Below, piece after piece: positions 38,490-47,278 of a DNA stretch of 64,000 nt. Both the position numbers and the translations under genes were made by a program. Location of the stretch: positions 454 to 64,453 of the forward strand of contig CAYFOH010000001.1 in the NCBI GenBank assembly GCA_964344755.1, in the 5' to 3' direction. The stretch's first letter is position 1. Every line of letters begins with the position of its first letter. This DNA comes from an uncultured Methanosarcinales archaeon (GTDB taxonomy: Archaea > Nanobdellota > Nanobdellia > Woesearchaeales > GW2011-AR9). A model generated the notes under the pieces. It did not search any database, had not been told where the DNA came from, and saw only the letters and a program-made list of their open reading frames with translations.

Positions 38490-39107
38490 TTATCGAACCA
38501 AAACAACTCTGGCTGGAGCAGCTTCTAAACCTTTTAGATACAAAGGTAAACAGTATAAGACATATTCTCCTTCTTTTACTTTACCTAAACGTAGGCCTTC
38601 TACAATCAGGATCTCCTTTTTGAGTAACAGTCTATGTGTGTCGTGATTTTTTTGATTTCTTTCAATCCCTAAATAATCAATTCCTAAAACTTTAACTTTT
38701 TGTTTGATTAAGTAAGAGGCCCCTTTTTTGTCTAAATAAACAAAATTTTCTTTAAACTTTGAGGTAGACTTAAGTTTGCTATTCCTTGTCTTTAACAAAA
38801 CCCTTTCCTCTCTTATTTCAAATTTTTCTAAATCTTTTTTTGTTATTTTTCCTTTAATTTTAGTCAGATCAAGCACTTGACAGGGTCCGCACATTTGATT
38901 TAAGGAAAACTGGTCTATGGATTTACCTTTTTTAAGAAAATGCAGGGGACCATCAACGTGTGTACCTGTATGTGAAGAAAGAATAAATTTATGTTCTCTT
39001 GACTTGGAATCTTTCCATTTTTTGGAAGAAATTATCTTGACTGCATTCCTATCTTTGTAGGAAGTTATGTTTTCACTAATTGGCCAAGAGATGTCTATTA
39101 TTTTCAT
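38490..39107 (-). CDS. Cyclase-family protein (kynurenine formamidase/arylformamidase-like, COG1878)
   Basis: SSHTGTHVDGPLHF (HxGTHxDxPxH) motif. Confidence 0.65.
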   Translation of the reverse strand: MKIIDISWPISENITSYKDRNAVKIISSKKWKDSKSREHKFILSSHTGTHVDGPLHFLKKGKSIDQFSLNQMCGPCQVLDLTKIKGKITKKDLEKFEIREERVLLKTRNSKLKSTSKFKENFVYLDKKGASYLIKQKVKVLGIDYLGIERNQKNHDTHRLLLKKEILIVEGLRLGKVKEGEYVLYCLPLYLKGLEAAPARVVLVR

Positions 39108-40012
39108 TTCTTTTTTACTTCATGTCCTCCGAACTCAAATCTTGTAGCAGCTAACATACGATCAGAGAATGGATTTGTTTCTCTGCTTCTAAATCTTGCA
39201 AAGAGTGATTGAGCAATTACAGGAATATCAACTGCATTTTCTATAGCAGTATGAACTGTCCAGCGGCCTTCTCCTGAATCTGCAACTTCTCCAACGATTT
39301 TTTTCAATCTGGGGTCTTTCTTTAAGGCGCTTTCCATTTTTTCTAAGAGAAAGGATTGGACAATGCTTCCATGGTTCCATACATGTGCTACTCCTTCTAA
39401 ATCTAACATCTTGAAGTGCATATTTTTAGCTAATAATTCAAATCCTTCGGCATAAGCTTCCATAATAGCATACTCAACTCCGTTATGGACCATTTTTACA
39501 AAGTGGCCAGAACCTGATGGTCCACAATAAAAATAACCCTCTTTGGTATTCATGTCTTTGAATAATTTTTCTAATTTTTTGTAAACGGCTTTTTCGCCTC
39601 CAATCATCATACAAGCTCCATGCCGCGCCCCATAAACTCCCCCAGAAGTACCTACATCAAAAAAGAAAATGCCTTTCTTTTTAAGTTCTTTACCTCTTCT
39701 CATAGATTCTTTAAAAAAAGAGTTTCCTCCGTCAACTACAATATCTCCTTTCTTAAGGAGGGGCGTTAAATTATTGAGTACAGAATCAACAACCTGATGA
39801 GGTACCATTAACCAAACAACCCGTTGGTTTGGTAATTTATTTACCATTTCTTGTAAGGAGTAGGCAGGAATAGCTCCTTTTTTGGCAACTTCTTTAGTTG
39901 TTTTTGGTGTCCTGTTATAAGCAACAACTTTATGTTTTTTTTCTAACAGATTAAGAACCATGTTTTTACCCATTTTACCTAATCCAACAAATCCTAATTT
40001 CATAGTCTCCAC
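39104..40012 (-). CDS. gnd: 6-phosphogluconate dehydrogenase, short (about 300 aa) decarboxylating form
   Basis: LGFVGLGKMGKNMVLNL NAD(P)-binding; GPSGSGHFVKMVHNGVEYAIM 6PGDH signature. Confidence 0.75.
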   Translation of the reverse strand: METMKLGFVGLGKMGKNMVLNLLEKKHKVVAYNRTPKTTKEVAKKGAIPAYSLQEMVNKLPNQRVVWLMVPHQVVDSVLNNLTPLLKKGDIVVDGGNSFFKESMRRGKELKKKGIFFFDVGTSGGVYGARHGACMMIGGEKAVYKKLEKLFKDMNTKEGYFYCGPSGSGHFVKMVHNGVEYAIMEAYAEGFELLAKNMHFKMLDLEGVAHVWNHGSIVQSFLLEKMESALKKDPRLKKIVGEVADSGEGRWTVHTAIENAVDIPVIAQSLFARFRSRETNPFSDRMLAATRFEFGGHEVKKK

Positions 40013-41376
40013 CTCATTTTGTGCTTCTTAGTAAACTTTTCTAGTTCTAAAGGACCTTTGCTTCCTTTTTTGTAAGTGTAAATTTTGTTTTTTTTAATAT
40101 TATCAACAATTTTCCAAGCTAGTTCTATTTCGTCGTTTCTTACAAAAACTGATTGGTCCCCTTTTAGAACATCTTGAAAAAGATTCTCATAAGCTGCAGG
40201 CGTGTTGATTCCAAAGTGGCAGTTGTGGCAAAACTCCATTTTTACAGGACTAATAGCATTTCTTCCTGGAAGTTTTGAGTTAAGATCAAAAGCAAATCCT
40301 TCGTCAGGGTAAATCCTTAAAATCAAATAATTTGTATCTGTAGGGCAACTTCTTGTTAGTAAGCAATGGACAGGTTTGAATTTGATATGGACACTTGTTT
40401 CTTTTTTGTTTAGAGCTTTACCAGTCTTTACGTAAAAGGGAACATTTTTCCAACGTGGATTATTGACGGATAGCTTAAGAGCAGCAAAAGTTTCTGTTTT
40501 GGAATCTTTTTTTACTCCCACGGCTTTCTTATAACCTTGATATTGCCCTAACAAAAAATCGGTAACTTTTGTTTTTTTAAGTACTTTAGCCTTTTCGTTT
40601 CTAATAAAGTTGCCAGTAAGTTGCTTTGGTGGTTCCATGGCAACTAGTGATAAAATTTGTAAAATGTGATTTTGTACCACGTCTTTTATGGCTCCATAAT
40701 GATCATAAAATTTTCCTCTTTTTTCTACATCCAATTTCTCTGTTAAATAAATTTGCACGTTTTCAATATGCTTGTGGTTCCATAAAGGCTCTAAGAAACG
40801 GTTTGTAAACCTTAAATAGGAAATATTGCCAACCAATTCTTTTCCTAAATAATGGTCAATCCTATAAACTTGGTCTTCTTTAAAAGTTCTGGCAATACAT
40901 TGATTGATTTTTTTGGCTGATGTTAAATTTTCCCCAAAAGGTTTTTCGTAGACAACATGTGATTTGACTTGGTTGTTGTCTGGTGTTAATTTAAATTTAG
41001 CAAGATTTTTGGTAATGATATCAAAATGTTGAGGTAAAGTGGCGAGATAGAAAATTCTGTTACCTGATAGTTTATGTTTTTTTTCAATTTCACTAAGCAT
41101 TTTTTGTAATTTCTGATAATCATTTTCTTGGTAAAAATCTAAAGGCACATAATAAGCGCTTTTTTTAAGCTTAGCCCATACTTTGGAGTTAAAATTTTTA
41201 ATAAATGGTTTTGCTTGTTTAAGTATTAAACTGATAGAAGTTTTAGTTCTGGCAGCTCCTACAAGAGCAAGATTTTCAATCTTTTGATGTTCTAAAAGAT
41301 GGTAAATGGCAGGAATAAGTTTTCTTTTAGTTAAATCTCCAGTGGCTCCAAGGAGGATAAATGTACAGTTTTTCAT
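40000..41376 (-). CDS. zwf: Glucose-6-phosphate 1-dehydrogenase
   Basis: ILLGATGDLTKRKL (NADP-binding) and RIDHYLGKE active-site motif. Confidence 0.8.
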   Translation of the reverse strand: MKNCTFILLGATGDLTKRKLIPAIYHLLEHQKIENLALVGAARTKTSISLILKQAKPFIKNFNSKVWAKLKKSAYYVPLDFYQENDYQKLQKMLSEIEKKHKLSGNRIFYLATLPQHFDIITKNLAKFKLTPDNNQVKSHVVYEKPFGENLTSAKKINQCIARTFKEDQVYRIDHYLGKELVGNISYLRFTNRFLEPLWNHKHIENVQIYLTEKLDVEKRGKFYDHYGAIKDVVQNHILQILSLVAMEPPKQLTGNFIRNEKAKVLKKTKVTDFLLGQYQGYKKAVGVKKDSKTETFAALKLSVNNPRWKNVPFYVKTGKALNKKETSVHIKFKPVHCLLTRSCPTDTNYLILRIYPDEGFAFDLNSKLPGRNAISPVKMEFCHNCHFGINTPAAYENLFQDVLKGDQSVFVRNDEIELAWKIVDNIKKNKIYTYKKGSKGPLELEKFTKKHKMRWRL

Positions 41377-42275
41377 TCTACGATTGGATTTATTTTATGT
41401 CTGAAGATTTTGCTGATCTCTTTGCAATATCTATCAATGTTTTTTTTGAACCAGGCGGGATGTGCTTTTTGGATCTGGCCGACAACATAATAACCTATAG
41501 CCATCATGGTTGCATAGTTGGCATTTTTAGGAAGAGGTATGGTCAAATGATTTCTGCTGAAAGTTTTGAAGGGTTTACCAAAACTAATGAATAATTCTTT
41601 ACTAGGAACAACAGTCACGGCGTGTTTCATGTAAGGAAAAGTTTCCACATCACGTGCTATCTTTCTTCCAAACAATTCAATGAATTTTACTTGAAGAAGT
41701 CTTTTAATTTCACTAAATTCTTCAGGGACTATAAAAAAAAATTTGTCGTAATTTTTGAAGTTAGGAAAGTTTAATTTTGCAACTTTCTTTTCAATAAAAT
41801 TTTTAATTATTTTGGGATCTTCTTTGGTATGGCCAAGAATCATGCCTATGTAAGTAGAAGTATTGTAAGTGTAAGGTTCTCGGTTTTTTGGGAAGATGTA
41901 AGATTTAGTAACATATTTAATTGCCTTAGCATGTTTGTTATTTGTAATTAAAGTAATGGGTTTTCCTTTAGCTTTTTTAGCAATAATGGGTGCATGTTTT
42001 CCTCCAGAGGCTGAGATCAGTACGATACCATCAATTGTTTTGATTTTTAATTTCTCATTAATAGTAGATTCGTCAGCAAAAACAGCGTCTCTATTGGCAA
42101 ACAGAATTCTTCCTGTAGCGGCAGCATTACCGCTACCTACAACGAGTGGTCTCTTATAAGGTATTTTGATTTTTGGTAAAGTTACTGCTGTGAATAATTC
42201 TAATGCCGCTAATACGCAAACGTCTAAATTAGGGATGTTTCTAAGTGTAAAAGAATTCATCTTTTGTATATACAT
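41373..42275 (-). CDS. SIS-domain sugar-phosphate isomerase, possibly bifunctional phosphoglucose/phosphomannose isomerase
   Basis: PLVVGSGNAAATG and IDGIVLISASGGKHAPIIAKKAKGKPITLITNN resemble the SIS fold. Sits between zwf and the glk/tal block. Confidence 0.4.
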   Translation of the reverse strand: MYIQKMNSFTLRNIPNLDVCVLAALELFTAVTLPKIKIPYKRPLVVGSGNAAATGRILFANRDAVFADESTINEKLKIKTIDGIVLISASGGKHAPIIAKKAKGKPITLITNNKHAKAIKYVTKSYIFPKNREPYTYNTSTYIGMILGHTKEDPKIIKNFIEKKVAKLNFPNFKNYDKFFFIVPEEFSEIKRLLQVKFIELFGRKIARDVETFPYMKHAVTVVPSKELFISFGKPFKTFSRNHLTIPLPKNANYATMMAIGYYVVGQIQKAHPAWFKKNIDRYCKEISKIFRHKINPIVE

Positions 42276-42446
42276 CTTATTACCTCAGAAAGTAAGAAAG
42301 AAATATACTATTTAAGAGTTTTTATTGGTTAATGTCCAGTTCAAATCTAGCTATTTGTCTTTCAAGGTCTCTATCCAATCTTCTTAAAGGCTCTCAAAAT
42401 AAAGGGTTGTTGTCGAAATATATTAGATCAAAAACGGCCCTTTTTA

Positions 42447-42647
42447 TCATTTAATTTTACATTCCTTACAAGGAAAAAACTTTTCATAAATCTTACAAGT
42501 TATGCAAAAGCCAGTAGCTGCTGATACTAAGAATAAGAAACCTAAAATGGCAACAACAGTTCTTCCCCAACTAAAAAAATAGGAGACAATCATAGTTAGT
42601 CCAAAAATAGTTCTTGTAAATCTGTAGCTTCCTGGTAGGTTTTTCAT
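42447..42647 (-). CDS. Small membrane protein, DUF2892/YgaP-like
   Basis: 2 TM plus GFCITCKIY motif. Confidence 0.35.
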   Translation of the reverse strand: MKNLPGSYRFTRTIFGLTMIVSYFFSWGRTVVAILGFLFLVSAATGFCITCKIYEKFFPCKECKIK

Positions 42648-43447
42648 TTTAAATTAGCATATTCTTTAACGACATCTGCAGTGAATTTTTTCATGCCTTC
42701 ATAAGTTTTAGGATGTTTTAGCATATCTTGAATTACATTAATGGGTAAAGTCGCAATATGGGCCCCATGCAAGGCCGCTTCTCTTACTTGTCTGGTGTTC
42801 CTTAACGAAGCTGCTAATACCTCCGTCTTTAACCCATACTTCTCAATAATTTTAACACATTGTTCTACTAAATGGATTCCAGAATAAATTCCGTTGTCTT
42901 CAAGGTACTTACTTCCTTTCTTAAATCCGACTGCAGGATAATAATCTTTTTTGTCAAACTTAATTTTGTTATTAGTTCTAATATAATCATCTACGCGACC
43001 AGCAAAAGGAGATACAAATGATGCACCAGCTTTAGCAGCCAGAAGAGCTTGTTCTGGAGTAAAAATAAGAGTACAATTAGTTGGTATTCTTAGTTTACTT
43101 AGTTCTTTAATGGCAACAATACCATCAAAATGAGTTTTGTCACCATCTTTAAAGGCTGGATTAACAGGGATTTTGATGTAAACGTTTTTAGCAACAGGAT
43201 TAAATATTCTAAAAAGTCTTCTGCCTTGTTCAATCATCCCTTTAGCTGTTGTTTCTGTAACTTCTAAGGAGACAGGTGTGCCTTTGGCAATTTTAAGAAT
43301 TTGTTTGATATAATTTTTAAGATTTATTTTTTTGCCAGCAACTGCTTTTTTCATCAGTGAAGGATTGGTAGTAACACCATCAGCCATCCCCCAGTCGAAA
43401 GCTTGCTTAATTTCTTCTAATATTGCACTATCAATAAATATTTTCAT
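42644..43447 (-). CDS. tal: Transaldolase (Tal/FSA family)
   Basis: MKIFIDSA...GVTTNPSL N-terminal signature; Schiff-base lysine region. Confidence 0.75.
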   Translation of the reverse strand: MKIFIDSAILEEIKQAFDWGMADGVTTNPSLMKKAVAGKKINLKNYIKQILKIAKGTPVSLEVTETTAKGMIEQGRRLFRIFNPVAKNVYIKIPVNPAFKDGDKTHFDGIVAIKELSKLRIPTNCTLIFTPEQALLAAKAGASFVSPFAGRVDDYIRTNNKIKFDKKDYYPAVGFKKGSKYLEDNGIYSGIHLVEQCVKIIEKYGLKTEVLAASLRNTRQVREAALHGAHIATLPINVIQDMLKHPKTYEGMKKFTADVVKEYANLK

Positions 43448-43451
43448 CTTT

Positions 43452-44495
43452 TCACCTCATGAAAGCCACCATGCCGGCTCCATACAAACTAATCTTGTAA
43501 TTGTCTATTACATAGACAGGTATTTTTTTTAAAAGTTTACTCTGTTTACTACTTGAAATAAAAGCTTCTCTAAATGTTTTTCGTTTGAAAAGGTGAGGTA
43601 TTTTAGCGGCAATTCCACCAGCAATATAAATCCCTCCTAAAGCTAAACAGTCTAAGGCAAAGTTTTTAGCACACTTTCCGTAATAATGGGTAAACAAAGT
43701 CATAGTATCCTTACATAAAGGATCACAATGATGATATTTTGTGATTAATCTGGGATCAAAATTTTCTTTTTTTATCTCTTTTTGATAGGTGGTTTGTGGA
43801 TATCTTCTCTTTTTATTTAGAAAAAGGTACATATGTTTGATCCCTTTACCTGAAAGAACATCTTCCCATTCCACGTTTTTTCCTTTCTTATGCTTAAAAA
43901 TGAAATTTAGTAAAGCAAATTCTTCTTTATTTTGGACGACTAAATCTGCATGACCTCCTTCAGAACTTAATGGTTTGTAATGGTCTTTATTCCAAAGTAG
44001 AAGGCTTTTTCCTAGACCTGTTCCTGCCCCAATCACTGCTTTTCTAGCTCCTTTTAAGATTGTACCAGATTTAACTTGAATAATATTCTTTTTGTCTAAA
44101 ACATTGATACCGTAACCAATGGCGTCAAAGTCATTGATGATACTAACTTCTTTTAGCTTAGTAGTACCTAAAATTTTTTTTTTGCTAACAGACCAAGAAA
44201 GATTAGTTAGTTTGCAGTAGTCGTTGTTCTTAGAAACAGGTCCAGCGGCAGCAAAGCAGGCTTTGCTTAGTTTAATTTTATAATGTTCTTGACAATAATC
44301 TAAGACTTCTTTAACTGTTCTGTGAAAAGATTTTATTTTATTACTTTGAAAATGGAAAGAAACAACTAATCCTAACTTTTTATTCTTTTTTTCAAGAACG
44401 GCAAAACCAGTATTTGTTCCACCAATGTCAGCAACTAGCCTTAAGTTTTTACGTGGAACTTTAGGGTTGTGCAAAATTTCTTCAAAAAACACCAT
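43452..44495 (-). CDS. glk: Glucokinase (Glk family, COG0837)
   Basis: LVADIGGTNTGFAVL N-terminal ATP-binding motif; about 340 aa. Confidence 0.65.
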   Translation of the reverse strand: MVFFEEILHNPKVPRKNLRLVADIGGTNTGFAVLEKKNKKLGLVVSFHFQSNKIKSFHRTVKEVLDYCQEHYKIKLSKACFAAAGPVSKNNDYCKLTNLSWSVSKKKILGTTKLKEVSIINDFDAIGYGINVLDKKNIIQVKSGTILKGARKAVIGAGTGLGKSLLLWNKDHYKPLSSEGGHADLVVQNKEEFALLNFIFKHKKGKNVEWEDVLSGKGIKHMYLFLNKKRRYPQTTYQKEIKKENFDPRLITKYHHCDPLCKDTMTLFTHYYGKCAKNFALDCLALGGIYIAGGIAAKIPHLFKRKTFREAFISSSKQSKLLKKIPVYVIDNYKISLYGAGMVAFMR

Positions 44496-44496
44496 C

Positions 44497-44895
44497 TCAC
44501 TTTAGAACGGCTTTAATGGCCTTAGCCATCCCTTTGTTACTCTTAAGGCTACGTAATTTGTTAGCTAATTCATTTTCTTGATACACATGTTCGACCCAAT
44601 TAGCAAAATCGTTTTTGTGTTCATTAACATGATGCAAAAAAGTGCTTTTGTCCATATTCTGTAAAGCGTCTGGTAGTTGTTTAAGATTATTTAATATGCT
44701 ACCGTCGTTAACCCAGAATTGTTGATGGTGGGGGGTATCTAACCAACTTTTTAATTGGCTAGGTTTTCTAAGCTTGGCTGGTCTTTTAATGTTCCTTTGT
44801 AAGGAGCTAGAAGCTTTTTTAGAATTTTTTTTTGCTTTCTTACTTTTAGAACGAGCTTTTTTTAAAGCTTTCACTTTCATCTTTATCCACCTCAT
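44497..44895 (-). CDS. Hypothetical protein with basic N-terminus (132 aa)
   Basis: ORF track. Confidence 0.3.
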   Translation of the reverse strand: MRWIKMKVKALKKARSKSKKAKKNSKKASSSLQRNIKRPAKLRKPSQLKSWLDTPHHQQFWVNDGSILNNLKQLPDALQNMDKSTFLHHVNEHKNDFANWVEHVYQENELANKLRSLKSNKGMAKAIKAVLK

Positions 44896-46085
44896 TTTAA
44901 ATGATTTTTGAATTTTTCAACCCTATGGTTTATGTCTTTAAAGATATTCATAAAGTATATAAAACCATCGTAAGGATTTTCGTAGGGGTTGAAATATTTG
45001 TGAACATCGCCGTCACTGAACCATTTTGTACACATATAATAAAAGTGATCAGATGTTTGTAATTTTCTCCAGTCCTCTAGCAGTTTCTTGTCACCTATCT
45101 CTTTAATTTCTTTCTCTAGAGAGTAAAGTTTAACGATGGCTGATTTTTGCATATCATTTCCAAGCCAAGCACTAACGTCTCTCTCGGTGTCAGCCCATGA
45201 CAAAAGGTGCGGGATATCTAATTGGTCCCGAATTGACAAATCTCTAGCAGCTTCATTAGGTAAAACGAATTTGTTATCTGGATGTGCTAGTAAAGCTTTA
45301 GGTAGGTGGCGCATAAATTCAAAAATTCCAGTATCTTCCCACTGATGTTCTCCAAAAGTTTCATAGTCCATAAATAAATTAACAATTTCACCATTTCCAT
45401 TAATTGAATTAATCCAATTGGCATATTTTTCAACTGATAGGGGGTGTTCCAGCCATTCTTTATTAGAGAATCTAAAGGCTATATCATCAGCCAATTTGTA
45501 ATTTTTAAGTAATAGAGATATTTTTGTATTTATTGGTTGGTAAACAAAATTGGCAGATCTCCAACCTAAAATAGGTTCCCATCCTTCTAATAGGAGGGTC
45601 TTAAAACCTAGTTCTGCCACTTTTTTAGCTAGGGCGTTATTATAAATTAATTCAGTATTTCTAAAAGTTGTTGGTTTTACTCCAAATAATTTTTTGATTT
45701 TTTGTTGGTGTATTTTTACTTGTTCAACGAATTCTCTTTCAGAAAAAAGGAAACTTAAAGAATGGTGGTGAGTCTCAGATAAAACTTCAACTTGCTTTGT
45801 TTTAACCAGTTTTTGAAAAGATTCTAAGACCTCCGGATAGTAAATCTCACATTGTTCTAAAAAGACTCCTGAGAAACTGAAACTAACTCTAAATTTAGGC
45901 TCTTTTTGTAATAATTCAAGCAAAAGTCTGTTCATAGGTAGGTAGCACTTGTGGGCCACTTTTTCTAAGATTGCTTTGTTTTTTATTTCATCGAAATAAC
46001 CCTTGTCAGTACCAACATCAAATATTTGATATTTTTGTATTCTAAACGGTTGATGCACTTGAAAATAGAAACAGACACTAACCAT
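44892..46085 (-). CDS. Glycoside hydrolase family 57 enzyme (alpha-glucan acting; amylase/branching/4-alpha-glucanotransferase type)
   Basis: FYFQVHQPFR N-terminal GH57 signature; about 400 aa. Confidence 0.65.
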   Translation of the reverse strand: MVSVCFYFQVHQPFRIQKYQIFDVGTDKGYFDEIKNKAILEKVAHKCYLPMNRLLLELLQKEPKFRVSFSFSGVFLEQCEIYYPEVLESFQKLVKTKQVEVLSETHHHSLSFLFSEREFVEQVKIHQQKIKKLFGVKPTTFRNTELIYNNALAKKVAELGFKTLLLEGWEPILGWRSANFVYQPINTKISLLLKNYKLADDIAFRFSNKEWLEHPLSVEKYANWINSINGNGEIVNLFMDYETFGEHQWEDTGIFEFMRHLPKALLAHPDNKFVLPNEAARDLSIRDQLDIPHLLSWADTERDVSAWLGNDMQKSAIVKLYSLEKEIKEIGDKKLLEDWRKLQTSDHFYYMCTKWFSDGDVHKYFNPYENPYDGFIYFMNIFKDINHRVEKFKNHLK

Positions 46086-47277
46086 TTATTTTTACCTCTT
46101 TTCTGGCTAAATTTTTGTAAATTTCTTTACATAGTTTAGCTGGTTTTGCCCAGTTTTTAGTAGAGACTTCTTTTTTTCCATTTAAGGAAATCTCTTTCTT
46201 TAATTCTTGGTGTTGTAAAATGGAAATAATCTTATTTGCGGATTCATCAATATCCCAAAAGTCAGTTTTAAGACAATGATTAATTACTTCTGAGACTCCA
46301 GATTGTTTGGAGATCAAAACTGGTGTACCATTGCGCATGGCTTCTAAGGGTGTGATACCGAAGGGTTCTGAAACTGAGGGCATGACGTAAAGGTCAGCCA
46401 TTTTGTAAGCTCTGTCGATTTCTTCTCCTTGAAGCCATCCCGTGAACAAAATTTTGTCTCCAAGGTCCCAACTGGCAACTTGTTCTACAAGATATCCTTC
46501 CATGTCACCTTTTCCAGCAATCACAAAATTTACTTGAGGGTGGTACTCCAAAACTTTTTTAGCTGTTTTAATAAAATAGTCAGGTCCTTTTTGTAAGGTA
46601 ATTCTTCCCAGAAAAAGAACTGTTGGGGCAGTTTTATGAAAGTCAAGGCAAACTTCTTTTGATTTTAAATCAACTCCATTATGCACTACATGAATTTTTT
46701 TATTATCAGTCCCATAATGTTGAACCAGTTTATTTTTAGTGAAATTACTGACGGTAATTATTTGGTCAGATTTTTCTAAACCTTCTTTTTCAATGTTGTA
46801 AATATATTGATTTAGACCATTTCCCCCTGTTCTGTCAAACTCTGTGGCGTGGACGTGAACTAGAAGTGGTTTGCCACTAATTCTTTTAGCGTTTAAACCA
46901 GCTTTAAAGGTTAGCCAGTCGTGAGCATGGATGACATCAAATGTTGTTTCTTCTACTATTTTTCCAATGGATTCTGCATATCTATTAACTTCGGCAAATA
47001 AATTTTGACCATATAACCTCCTAAAGCTACTTTGCTCTAGTAATTTAAAGTAAGAATCGGGAGTATGATAGGCTCTTAAGGGAGAACCAACCTCTACTAT
47101 TTCAAGACATGGAGAGACAATTTTACAATTAGGGATATTAGATTCTTGAAGAATAGGCAAAACAAGTGTGACTTCAACACCTTGTTTTGTTAGATTTTTT
47201 ACTAAACCTTCACAAGCTGTTCCGAGACCACCTTGATTGAATGGGGGGAATTCCCATCCAAACATGAGGACTTTCAT
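46078..47277 (-). CDS. glgA: Glycogen (alpha-glucan) synthase, GT4/GT5 (start MKVLMFGWEF; ORF track extends to 47376)
   Basis: KVLMFGWEFPPFNQGGLGTACEGLVKNL N-terminus. GT-B C-terminal E-x7-E region (SVSEPFGITPLEAM). Confidence 0.7.
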   Translation of the reverse strand: MKVLMFGWEFPPFNQGGLGTACEGLVKNLTKQGVEVTLVLPILQESNIPNCKIVSPCLEIVEVGSPLRAYHTPDSYFKLLEQSSFRRLYGQNLFAEVNRYAESIGKIVEETTFDVIHAHDWLTFKAGLNAKRISGKPLLVHVHATEFDRTGGNGLNQYIYNIEKEGLEKSDQIITVSNFTKNKLVQHYGTDNKKIHVVHNGVDLKSKEVCLDFHKTAPTVLFLGRITLQKGPDYFIKTAKKVLEYHPQVNFVIAGKGDMEGYLVEQVASWDLGDKILFTGWLQGEEIDRAYKMADLYVMPSVSEPFGITPLEAMRNGTPVLISKQSGVSEVINHCLKTDFWDIDESANKIISILQHQELKKEISLNGKKEVSTKNWAKPAKLCKEIYKNLARKEVKING

Positions 47278-47278
47278 T

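Noticed and set aside
42330-42360. GTTCAAATC T-loop-like motif suggesting a tRNA
   Set aside because: Flanking bases do not form a T-stem and no acceptor or anticodon arms can be built. The region is AT-rich. No tRNA is called anywhere in the window by eye; introns cannot be excluded.
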